This document shows, one piece after another, positions 28,521-36,607 of a DNA stretch of 50,553 nt. Position 1 is the stretch's first letter. Each line of letters opens with the position of its first letter. Source of the DNA: Candidatus Saccharimonadales bacterium (lineage in GTDB: Bacteria; Patescibacteriota; Saccharimonadia; Saccharimonadales; JBGTLD01); NCBI GenBank assembly GCA_041744275.1, contig JBGTLD010000026.1, forward strand, positions 1 through 50,553, written 5' to 3'. Under the pieces are notes generated by a model. The model was not told the origin of the DNA, made no database searches, and saw only the letters and a program-made list of their open reading frames with translations. The position numbers and the translations under genes were made by a program.

Positions 28521-30365
28521 ATGTCAGACAACACAGACAATTTACATGCGATGCGGCACAGCTTGGCACACATTATGGCAACTGCGGTAACGACGATTTG
28601 GCCAGAGGCCAAGCTTGGTGTAGGGCCAGTGGTAGAAAACGGTTTTTATTACGACATAGATTTGGGTGACGTGAGTATTTCGGAAGATGATTTTCCGAAG
28701 ATTGAAGCCGAAATGAAGCAGATCATAAAAGCAAAGCAGGCATTTGAGAGAAGTGAAATGGCGGTTGATACAGCAATTGCCTGGGCAAAAGATTCTAACC
28801 AGCCGTATAAAGAAGAGCTACTCAATGACTTGAAGCGTGCTGGCACGACAATAGCAAAAGACTTAGATGCTCGCGAGCTCGGCACTATTACAGACGGTGA
28901 TAGCCAGGTAGAGAATGTGTCTTTCTATACGAACGGTAATTTTACTGACCTGTGCCGCGGTCCGCACGTTGAGCACACTGGCAAGGTAGGGGCGTTTAAG
29001 CTCATGCGAGTGGCCGGTGCATACTGGCGCGGGAATGAAAAGAATCCACAAATGCAGCGACTCTACGGCGTTGCGTTTGAAACTCCCAAGGAGTTACGGG
29101 CACACTTAGAGATGCTAGAAGAAGCTAAAAAGCGTGACCACCGCAAACTTGGTGTAGAGTTAGATTTATTTATATTTTCTGACATGGTAGGGAGTGGGCT
29201 TCCATTGTTTACGCCACGCGGAACTGTACTTCGTGAAGAATTATCAAACTACTCTAACGAGCTCCGTGAAGTTCAAGGCTTTCAAAAAGTTTGGGTACCT
29301 CACGTTACAAAGAAAGATTTATATGAAGCCTCTGGGCATTGGGCCAAATTTGGCGATGAACTTTTCCAGGTAAAGAGCCAAGAAACAAGTGACGAGCTGG
29401 TCATGAAACCTATGAACTGCCCGCACCACACACGTATTTATGCGAGCCAACAGCGTAGCTACCGAGATCTTCCGATACGTTATCTAGAAACGACGACAGT
29501 TTACCGAGACGAAAAATCTGGCGAGCTAGGTGGTTTGAGTCGGGTACGATCAATAACACAAGATGACAGTCACGTATTTTGTCGTGATGATCAAATAAAA
29601 GAAGAAATAGACAAGCTATTGCAGGCTGCTATAGATTTGTATAGCACTGTTGATATGAAGCTGAGAGTGAGACTGTCTTATCGCGATGACAGTGATGCAT
29701 ATTTGGGCGCAGAAGAACTATGGGAAAGCGCGCAGAAGCAGCTGAAGCAGGCAGTAGTTTCTAATGGTATGGACTATTTTGAAGAGGCTGGCGAAGCGGC
29801 ATTCTATGGACCAAAGATAGATTTCATGGCTACTGATGCAATTGGCCGAGAGCATCAAGTCGCGACAGTACAGCTAGATTTTGTACAGCCAGCTAGATTC
29901 GGGCTTGAATACACAGATGAACAAAACAATGCGATTCAACCTGTGATGATACACTGCGCGCTGCTCGGTTCAATCGAAAGGTTTTTGAGCGTATATATTG
30001 AGCATACAGCAGGGAAGTTTCCGGTATGGCTGGCACCTGAACAAGTACGGCTAATTACCGTGAACCAAGAGGAAAGTACCGTCTTGTTTGCAGAAGCTGC
30101 AAAGAAAAAGGCAAAAGAGCTAGGCTTGCGAGTAACTGCAGATAACTCAAACGAATCAGTTGGTAAAAAGATTCGGAACTCAGTGATGGATAAGGTGCCG
30201 TACACCGTGGTTATTGGCGAAAAAGAGATAGCTACAAATGAGCTTGTGCCGCGTGTGCGACCAGACCTAGAAGTCAGTACCGAGCACGACTCGATTAGTT
30301 TTGATAACTTCTTTGGGACAGTGGCAAATGAAGCCAAAGCGCGAGTCAGTAAGACCTCGCTGTAG
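28521..30365 (+). CDS. thrS: Threonyl-tRNA synthetase
   Basis: MRHSLAHIMA, DLCRGPHV, RDHRKLG, KPMNCPHH, AAFYGPKID; start at ATG 28521. Confidence 0.97.
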   Translation: MSDNTDNLHAMRHSLAHIMATAVTTIWPEAKLGVGPVVENGFYYDIDLGDVSISEDDFPKIEAEMKQIIKAKQAFERSEMAVDTAIAWAKDSNQPYKEELLNDLKRAGTTIAKDLDARELGTITDGDSQVENVSFYTNGNFTDLCRGPHVEHTGKVGAFKLMRVAGAYWRGNEKNPQMQRLYGVAFETPKELRAHLEMLEEAKKRDHRKLGVELDLFIFSDMVGSGLPLFTPRGTVLREELSNYSNELREVQGFQKVWVPHVTKKDLYEASGHWAKFGDELFQVKSQETSDELVMKPMNCPHHTRIYASQQRSYRDLPIRYLETTTVYRDEKSGELGGLSRVRSITQDDSHVFCRDDQIKEEIDKLLQAAIDLYSTVDMKLRVRLSYRDDSDAYLGAEELWESAQKQLKQAVVSNGMDYFEEAGEAAFYGPKIDFMATDAIGREHQVATVQLDFVQPARFGLEYTDEQNNAIQPVMIHCALLGSIERFLSVYIEHTAGKFPVWLAPEQVRLITVNQEESTVLFAEAAKKKAKELGLRVTADNSNESVGKKIRNSVMDKVPYTVVIGEKEIATNELVPRVRPDLEVSTEHDSISFDNFFGTVANEAKARVSKTSL

Positions 30366-30368
30366 ATT

Positions 30369-30680
30369 ATGGACGCATCGTTCAGAAATAAAGTAGAATC
30401 GCTTGTGGCTCAGATTCCAAAGGCTAGGGTAATGACATACGGTCAATTGGCAGCACTCTGTGGAAATGCGAGGGCGGCACGGATTGTTGGCGGTATTGCT
30501 CACTTCGGAGATGCGGACTTGCCTTGGCATAGAGTTGTGAACAAACAAGGTGGCCTTGCATCCGGGTACCCTGGGGGTAGACAGGCACATGCAGTACATC
30601 TTGCGAACGAAGGTATAATTGTAGATTCTAAATACAGAGTTAATATAGAAGAGCTACTGTGGTGGCCGGATAACGTATGA
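30369..30680 (+). CDS. Alkyltransferase-like (ATL/YbaZ, MGMT family) protein
   Basis: IPKARVMTYGQLA and PWHRV, with Trp replacing the catalytic Cys. Confidence 0.88.
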   Translation: MDASFRNKVESLVAQIPKARVMTYGQLAALCGNARAARIVGGIAHFGDADLPWHRVVNKQGGLASGYPGGRQAHAVHLANEGIIVDSKYRVNIEELLWWPDNV

Positions 30681-31552
30681 TGAGTAACCCGACCTTACCA
30701 TTAGTTGTCATTGTTGGTCCGACTTGTTCAGGCAAGTCTGCGTGTGCAATGCAAATTGCCCAAGAACATAACGGCGAGATAATTTGTGCCGATTCACGGA
30801 CGGTTTACAAGTATCTTGATATTGGAACAGCCAAGCCATCGCACTTAGACCAATCAGCTGTGCCGCACCATATGATTGACTTGGTTGAACCTGACACAAA
30901 TTTCAATGCATCCGAGTTTAAGCGACAAGCCGAAGCGCGTATTACTGAAATCAGAAATCGCAAAAAGCTTCCGATACTAGTTGGTGGAACCGGGTTGTAT
31001 GTAGATGCAATATTGTACGACTACACATTTTCAGGACCGTCCGACCCAGAACAACGAGCAAGTTTGAGTACGATGTCTGTACCAGAACTCCAAGCCGAGA
31101 TTACACGCTTGGACTTGCAGATGCCGCTTAATCAACAAAACCCAAGACATTTAATGAGGACTATTGAAACAGGTGGTGTAGCGAATACGTCTTCTGCAAT
31201 ACGCAGTGATGCGATTGTTTTTGGTATTACTGTTAACCGAGAGCAAATTAGGCACAACTCACAAATACGAACAGAAAAGATGATACATGACGGACTTATA
31301 GCAGAAGCCGAAGCAATGAGTGCTACATACGGATGGGACGCACCGGGACTACAAGCACCGGCTTATAAAGTTCTAAAAGAATACTCATTAGGTTCACTAA
31401 AGAACATGGAGATTGTTGATAAAATCGTATTGAAAGACGTACAACTCGCCAAAAGACAGAAAACCTGGTTCAAGCGAAATAAAAGTATTCATTGGTGTGA
31501 AAACATCGGTGAAATTGTAGATTTATTAACAATAAAGTTGAACAAATCGTAG
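30677..31552 (+). CDS. miaA: tRNA dimethylallyltransferase
   Basis: GPTCSGKS, DSRTVYKYLDIGTAKP, VGGTGLY, AKRQKTWF. Confidence 0.95.
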   Translation: MMSNPTLPLVVIVGPTCSGKSACAMQIAQEHNGEIICADSRTVYKYLDIGTAKPSHLDQSAVPHHMIDLVEPDTNFNASEFKRQAEARITEIRNRKKLPILVGGTGLYVDAILYDYTFSGPSDPEQRASLSTMSVPELQAEITRLDLQMPLNQQNPRHLMRTIETGGVANTSSAIRSDAIVFGITVNREQIRHNSQIRTEKMIHDGLIAEAEAMSATYGWDAPGLQAPAYKVLKEYSLGSLKNMEIVDKIVLKDVQLAKRQKTWFKRNKSIHWCENIGEIVDLLTIKLNKS

Positions 31553-31587
31553 ATGTAAATAGACCCATCGTCTGCTACAATGAATAC

Positions 31588-32220
31588 ATGATTGAACAAC
31601 TATTTGGATCCAAGACTCGTGTGAAGCTTTTGCAACTTTTTTACAGCAATCCAAATCGTTCATTTTACGTTCGTGAAATAACGCGGAAAATTGATGAGCA
31701 AATTAATTCAGTGAGGCGTGAGCTAGGGAACTTACTCAGCATTGGCATTATTTCATCCGAAAGTAACAATAATAAGCTTTACTACGAGGTCAACCAAAGT
31801 TATGAGTTTTATGGGCCATTAGTTACTGTCTTTGGTGGTGACGTAAACACGAGCCCTAAGGCGACAGTTGATTCGATTATGCCTTCACAGGGTCTTGCAT
31901 CTGTTGGTAACGTTGAACTTGCGTTGCTAACTGGTCAGTTCACTCGAGATGATTCAAGTGGTATTGATCTGCTTGTGGTAGGCGATGTAAACCAGACTCA
32001 GCTATCTAAATACGTTGTTGAACTCGAAAGTAAGGAAAATAAAGAAATTCGGTATACTGTTATGGAGCCGAGTGAATTTATATATCGGAAACAGGTCAAT
32101 GATCGATTCTTGTCGCTGGTGCTTGGTTCAAAAGTACAGGTGCTTATTGATAAGAACGGTACATTTGACGATACTGACACTACTAAAGATGATGCGGTTG
32201 ACGCTGAGGAGGAAGCATAA
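31588..32220 (+). CDS. wHTH protein with a nucleotidyltransferase-like C-terminal domain
   Basis: LFGSKTRVKLL..YVREITR..NSVRREL HTH; IDLLVVGD. Confidence 0.7.
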   Translation: MIEQLFGSKTRVKLLQLFYSNPNRSFYVREITRKIDEQINSVRRELGNLLSIGIISSESNNNKLYYEVNQSYEFYGPLVTVFGGDVNTSPKATVDSIMPSQGLASVGNVELALLTGQFTRDDSSGIDLLVVGDVNQTQLSKYVVELESKENKEIRYTVMEPSEFIYRKQVNDRFLSLVLGSKVQVLIDKNGTFDDTDTTKDDAVDAEEEA

Positions 32221-32840
32221 TGGATATTCAATATTACGGTGCGAATTGTATTAAAATCACGACGAAAACAGCATCAATTGTTATAGATGATAATATAGCC
32301 GATCTTGGACTAAAGTCAGTTACTAAAGATAAAGATATAGCCTTGTGTACGGGCGCACATGCAGATACTGGCGCAAGGATAACCATCGATACCCCTGGTG
32401 AGTACGAAGTTTCGGATGTATCTATCAGGGGGTTGGCTGCTCGTGCACATATAGACGAGAAGGGTCAGACAACCGCGACAATTTACCGACTCATAACGGA
32501 TGATATACGTATTGCCGTCGTTGGTCACATATACCCAGAGATTAACGAAGAGCAACTTGAGGCACTTGGTACGATAGATATACTTATAGTACCAGTTGGC
32601 GGCAACGGATACACACTGGACCCAGTGGGGGCACATAAAGTTATTCGAGCGGTAGATCCTAAATTAGTTATACCGACACACTATAATGATTCAGCGATAT
32701 CATACCCAGTTCCTCAGAAAGAATTCGAAGATTTTAAGGGCGAGCTTTCACTCGATGCAATTGAGCCGGTCGCCAAGTTTAAAGTGAAACCTTCTGAATT
32801 TACTGAAGCTATGCAGGTCGTTCTACTAGAAAGACAATAG
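32220..32840 (+). CDS. MBL-fold metallo-hydrolase-like protein
   Basis: PGEYEV, DILIVPVGG and VIPTHY motifs. Confidence 0.8.
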   Translation: MDIQYYGANCIKITTKTASIVIDDNIADLGLKSVTKDKDIALCTGAHADTGARITIDTPGEYEVSDVSIRGLAARAHIDEKGQTTATIYRLITDDIRIAVVGHIYPEINEEQLEALGTIDILIVPVGGNGYTLDPVGAHKVIRAVDPKLVIPTHYNDSAISYPVPQKEFEDFKGELSLDAIEPVAKFKVKPSEFTEAMQVVLLERQ

Positions 32841-32862
32841 GGTCGCGTACATAGCGTAAAAT

Positions 32863-32893
32863 AAAATAACCTCTGAAATTCAGAGGTTATTTT
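32863..32893. terminator. Bidirectional terminator between convergent genes
   Basis: AAAATAACCTCTGAA-a-TTCAGAGGTTATTTT. Confidence 0.8.
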
Positions 32894-32911
32894 ATGTAGA
32901 AGATAGAAGCC

Positions 32912-33106
32912 TTAGGCTGCAATGATTCCTTTTTTCTTGAGCGTTCGTATTGCTTGAGTACTCAGTTTCATCTTGACCTTTTTTCCATCAACAACGATTG
33001 TTTTTGATTGGAGATTTGGCTTCCAGACTTTCTTGGTGTGGCGCTGAGAAAAGCTGACATTACTGCCGTATTGCTTTCCTTTACCAGTTAGTTCGCATAT
33101 TTGCAT
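32912..33106 (-). CDS. rpmB: 50S ribosomal protein L28
   Basis: CELTGKGKQYGSNVSFSQRHTKKVWKPNLQ. Confidence 0.95.
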   Translation of the reverse strand: MQICELTGKGKQYGSNVSFSQRHTKKVWKPNLQSKTIVVDGKKVKMKLSTQAIRTLKKKGIIAA

Positions 33107-33215
33107 AGTATATCCTTTAGATTCAGTGTCTTATTCTACGTTTTTTACTCTGTAAAGTCAACAATGCTCGCGAATCTCTTTAGTAGAGAGTAAACACAGG
33201 GTATAATTAGTTGGT

Positions 33216-33842
33216 ATGTTTGAAGTTACACCTCTATTTATTGGCGTCGTTATCGCCTCGGTTCTGATATCGATAACCCTACACGAAGCAATGCACGCGT
33301 TTGCCGCACATTGGCTTGGTGATGATACCGCCCAGATGCAAGGGCGATTAACGTTAAACCCACTTAAGCACATCGACCCTTTTCTTACTATTGGTATGCC
33401 GGTACTTCTGTTTATTGCTGGTGCACCTCCACTAGGGGCTGCAAAACCAGTACCTTTTAATCCTGCAAGAGTTAAATATGAAGAGTTTGGTGCAGCTATC
33501 GTAGGTATTGCGGGGCCACTAACAAACCTTGTTCTTGCGCTTGTTGGTGCGTTTATGTTCCGTGTTCTTGGAGGCGCTCCGGAAATTTTCTTGCAAACGC
33601 TCGTATTGTTTATTGTGGTCAATATCAGCTTCTTTGTATTTAATATGATTCCATTCCCACCACTCGACGGGTCGCGTGTATTGTATGCCTTTGCACCCGA
33701 GCCGCTGCAGCGCGTTATGGCGCAGATAGAATCTTTTGGTCTTATGGGTTTTGTGGTCTTTTTCTTCCTCTTTTACCAGTACATCGCTTCGTTTGTAGGA
33801 GGTATTATCCAGTCTGTCCTGAGGGTTCTTCTAGGCATTTAA
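33216..33842 (+). CDS. Site-2 protease (M50 family)
   Basis: HEAMH, AGPLTN and NMIPFPPLDG motifs. Confidence 0.92.
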   Translation: MFEVTPLFIGVVIASVLISITLHEAMHAFAAHWLGDDTAQMQGRLTLNPLKHIDPFLTIGMPVLLFIAGAPPLGAAKPVPFNPARVKYEEFGAAIVGIAGPLTNLVLALVGAFMFRVLGGAPEIFLQTLVLFIVVNISFFVFNMIPFPPLDGSRVLYAFAPEPLQRVMAQIESFGLMGFVVFFFLFYQYIASFVGGIIQSVLRVLLGI

Positions 33843-33891
33843 GCTGGTACTAAGTCCAGCGTGAGTTTGATTCGTATAGTATAATGAGCAA

Positions 33892-34031
33892 GCGCTGGAC
33901 GCGAAAGTTAGCTTAATGATAATCTGAATAATTATCATTCGGGAGATCAATATCCGTGTAAGACTGCGGTCTTATCGTGAGAACACCCACCTGGGATTAC
34001 TTGCCAGGTTGTCATGCTAGCTGTCCAGCGC
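33892..34031 (+). ncRNA. ssrS: 6S-like RNA (about 140 nt)
   Basis: Rod hairpin GCGCTGGAC/GTCCAGCGC, AGTTAGC/GCTAGCT, ATGATAATCTG/CAGGTTGTCAT with central bubble, GGGAG..CACCCACCTG motifs; TATAAT at 33880; terminator at 34035-34064. Confidence 0.7.
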
Positions 34032-34071
34032 AACAAAAAAACGACTAGATTCAGTCGTTTTTTTCATATTT

Positions 34072-34235
34072 TGGTCAGGGTGAGAGGACTTTTCTTGTAG
34101 TGCTCGTTCAAGAGCTAAGTCATTTCACTCGGCCAAGCACGGAAAACTTAAATAGCCACTGGCTATTTTCGCCTATAGGTTCAAATCTAAACTAAAAAAA
34201 TCTCTAACACCCCGCTGAAGCGGAGTCTCAGAGAT
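34072..34235 (-). repeat. tRNA-Pro-linked unit ending in a copy of the tRNA 3' end
   Basis: 34072-34091 is identical to 34236-34255; internal hairpins; 164-bp unit. Confidence 0.8.
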
Positions 34236-34311
34236 TGGTCAGGGTGAGAGGACTTGAACCTCCGCTCTCACGACCCCCAGCCGTGCGCTTTACCAACTAA
34301 GCTACACCCTG
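34236..34311 (-). tRNA. tRNA-Pro(GGG)
   Basis: Reverse complement CAGGGTG...CACGG-CT-GGG-GG-TCGTG...GGTTCAAGTCC...CACCCTG-ACCA. Confidence 0.93.
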
Positions 34312-34383
34312 ACAACACAAACCAGTATAACGTATTTTGTATAAACGATAAGATTTGAAGTTGATCTCTGTTACACTAGTCTT

Positions 34384-35058
34384 ATGTGGAAGAAAACAAA
34401 CAATCAACTATATAAAAAATTTGTATTTAAAGATTTTGAGCAGGCATTTGCATTTATGCAAGCTGTGGCGCAGATTGCAGAGCAGCGAAAGCATCATCCA
34501 AGATGGCAGAACGAATGGAATGTCGTTGAAATATGGCTACAAACACATGACGTTGAAGACGTTACAGATAAAGACAACGCGCTTGCGAAAGCAATTGACG
34601 AGTTAATTGAACCATCGAAAGATGAATCGGCTAACGAACAACAGTCAGAAGTGGATGTAAAATTATTTACTGATGGTGGTTCAAGGGGTAATCCAGGGCC
34701 TTCTGCGCTTGGGTACGTCGTACTTTCTATGCAAGATGAAGTGATAGTAAGACATGGCGTCTACCTTGGCGTAACTACGAATAATCAAGCAGAGTATCAA
34801 TCCCTAAAGTATGGTTTACAACACGCGCTGAAGATTGGTGCAAAAAATATTTCGGTGTATATGGATAGCATGCTCGTGGTCAACCAAATGAAGGGTATAT
34901 TCAAGGTTAAAAATCGTGATCTTTGGCCAATCCACGAAGCAATAAAAGAAATTGCCGCAAAATTCCAAACAGTAACGTATACACACGTACCAAGAGAGCT
35001 TAACAAGCTTGCTGATGCCGAGGTGAATAAAGTGCTCGATGCAGAAAAAAGTACATAA
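34384..35058 (+). CDS. Fusion of pterin-4a-carbinolamine dehydratase-like domain and RNase HI
   Basis: N-part FKDFEQAFAFM..HHP..THD; C-part FTDGGSRGNPG, TNNQAEY, MDS, HVPRELNKLAD. Confidence 0.85.
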   Translation: MWKKTNNQLYKKFVFKDFEQAFAFMQAVAQIAEQRKHHPRWQNEWNVVEIWLQTHDVEDVTDKDNALAKAIDELIEPSKDESANEQQSEVDVKLFTDGGSRGNPGPSALGYVVLSMQDEVIVRHGVYLGVTTNNQAEYQSLKYGLQHALKIGAKNISVYMDSMLVVNQMKGIFKVKNRDLWPIHEAIKEIAAKFQTVTYTHVPRELNKLADAEVNKVLDAEKST

Positions 35059-35087
35059 AGGAGCCCATCGCGGTGTATAATTGGTGT

Positions 35088-35430
35088 TGTCAGGTTATTG
35101 GCTAGTCGCTTGCCGTAATAGGTGAGAGGAAAGTCCGGGCAGCGCAGGGAAAGACAGTCGCTAACGGCGACCAGGGGCAACCCTAGGGAAAGTGCCACAG
35201 AAACGAAACTGCCAGAATTTATTTTGGTAAGGGTGAAACGAGTGGGGTAAGAGCCCACAGCCTGTATTGGTGACAATATGGGGAGGTAAACCCTGTCTGC
35301 TGCAAGGAGATGTGCTTGCATACGGTTTCCCGCCGCGAGTGCATCATAAAATCCGCTTGAATCTGCGAGCAATCGTAGAACAAGATAGATGATTAGCTAA
35401 AACAGAACCCGGCTTACGGATAATCTGACA
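35088..35430 (+). ncRNA. rnpB: RNase P RNA
   Basis: GAGGAAAGTCCGGGC, AGTGCCACAGAAA, GGGTGAAACG, ACAGAACCCGGCTTA; P1 closing helix TGTCAGGTTAT/ATAATCTGACA. Confidence 0.96.
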
Positions 35431-35433
35431 CAT

Positions 35434-35467
35434 AAAAAAACCTTCTCTAGACTGAGAAGGTTTTTTT
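35434..35467. terminator. Bidirectional terminator (rnpB/rplT)
   Basis: AAAAAAACCTTCTC..GAGAAGGTTTTTTT. Confidence 0.85.
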
Positions 35468-35477
35468 GTAACAAGAT

Positions 35478-35822
35478 TTATTTTTCAGTAGCTTTGACGA
35501 CTGCTGAAAATGCTGATGGCTCGTTTACGGCAAGTTCACTCATGATCTTACGGTCAATCATGATACCGGCAGTCTTCATAGCAGCAATAAGTTTACTGTA
35601 AGTGGTGCCGTTTAGGCGAGCTGCTGCATTGATACGTGTATTCCAGAGTGCTCTGAATGTTCGCTTGCGGTTACGGCGATCTCTGTACGCATATACGAGT
35701 GACTTTGTAACTGCTTGTTTCCCACGCTTATAGCTTGAACGGTTTGACTTGGTCATACCCTTTGTGGCTTGCCTGATCTTCTTGTGTTTTTGGTGCGTTG
35801 CTACACCGCGCTTAACTCTCAT
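35478..35822 (-). CDS. rplT: 50S ribosomal protein L20
   Basis: MRVKRGV, YAYRDRRNRKRTFRALWNTRINAA. Confidence 0.97.
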   Translation of the reverse strand: MRVKRGVATHQKHKKIRQATKGMTKSNRSSYKRGKQAVTKSLVYAYRDRRNRKRTFRALWNTRINAAARLNGTTYSKLIAAMKTAGIMIDRKIMSELAVNEPSAFSAVVKATEK

Positions 35823-35823
35823 A

Positions 35824-36021
35824 TTATTTTGCTCCGAGTCTCAATTTAATGTTCTTTGCAGATTTACCAGTAACGGTAGTAGCAGTGTTGATGCGTCGCT
35901 TTCGAGCAGCACTCTTCTTCTCTAGAAGGTGATTACCCATTGCTCGGCCGTGAATCACTTTTCCGTTCTTGGTTATCTTGACACGGTCTTTTGTACCGCT
36001 ATGCGTCTTTAGCTTTGGCAT
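35824..36021 (-). CDS. rpmI: 50S ribosomal protein L35
   Basis: MPKLKTHSGTKDRVKITKNGK; lies between infC and rplT. Confidence 0.95.
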   Translation of the reverse strand: MPKLKTHSGTKDRVKITKNGKVIHGRAMGNHLLEKKSAARKRRINTATTVTGKSAKNIKLRLGAK

Positions 36022-36529
36022 GTTGATTGCTCCTTATGACAAAATTTAACTGTTTACCTGATAGTTGTGGTTGTTGATCGACTAAAATGGTTTCACCAAA
36101 GCCCTGGATTACTTTGTCTGCTAATTTAAAGCCGAGATCTTTATGTGCCATTTCACGTCCCCGGTAAAAGACGGTGATCTTCACTTTATGTCCAGTTTCG
36201 AGAAAATCTGTGACTTTCTTAAGCTTTACACCAAGGTCATGATCGCTAATCTTCATCCCGAAACGCATTTGTTTCACTTCCAATGCTTTCGCGTTCTTCT
36301 TGTTTTTCTGAAGTTGCTTTGTGCGTTGGTAGTTGTACTTACCCCAATCGACAATTTTGACGACTGGAGGATTGGCACCGGGAGATATTTCAACTAAATC
36401 CAGCTCACGGCTCTGGGCCATGCTGAGCGCTTCGTTGCGGGTCATAACACCGAGCTGTTCACCTTCGTCATCAATGACGCGTACATTTGCTGCCCGAATT
36501 GCTTCATTCAGGCGTATTTTCTTGTCGAT
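35999..36529 (-). CDS. infC: Translation initiation factor IF-3 (non-canonical ATC start)
   Basis: LDLVEISP..PPVVKIVDWGKY; frame extends upstream (RLNEAIRAANVRVID) to ATC 7 nt after AAGGAG. Confidence 0.93.
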   Translation of the reverse strand: MDKKIRLNEAIRAANVRVIDDEGEQLGVMTRNEALSMAQSRELDLVEISPGANPPVVKIVDWGKYNYQRTKQLQKNKKNAKALEVKQMRFGMKISDHDLGVKLKKVTDFLETGHKVKITVFYRGREMAHKDLGFKLADKVIQGFGETILVDQQPQLSGKQLNFVIRSNQHAKAKDA

Positions 36530-36607
36530 GGAATGACTCCTTTACGAAACGTTAGCTGATTCGACACATTGTAACAGATTACTGAACAGGGGTCAATAAA
36601 ATTTCAG

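Noticed and set aside
28369-28590. Short ORFs and N-terminal extension upstream of thrS
   Set aside because: They overlap the T-box leader; ThrRS homology begins near ATG 28521
34675-35058. Reverse transcriptase, retron or DGR component
   Set aside because: The domain is RNase HI-like with no RT YxDD motif, and no template/variable repeat pair was seen in the window
34797-35372. 191-aa minus-strand ORF
   Set aside because: Antisense shadow of the RNase H gene and rnpB
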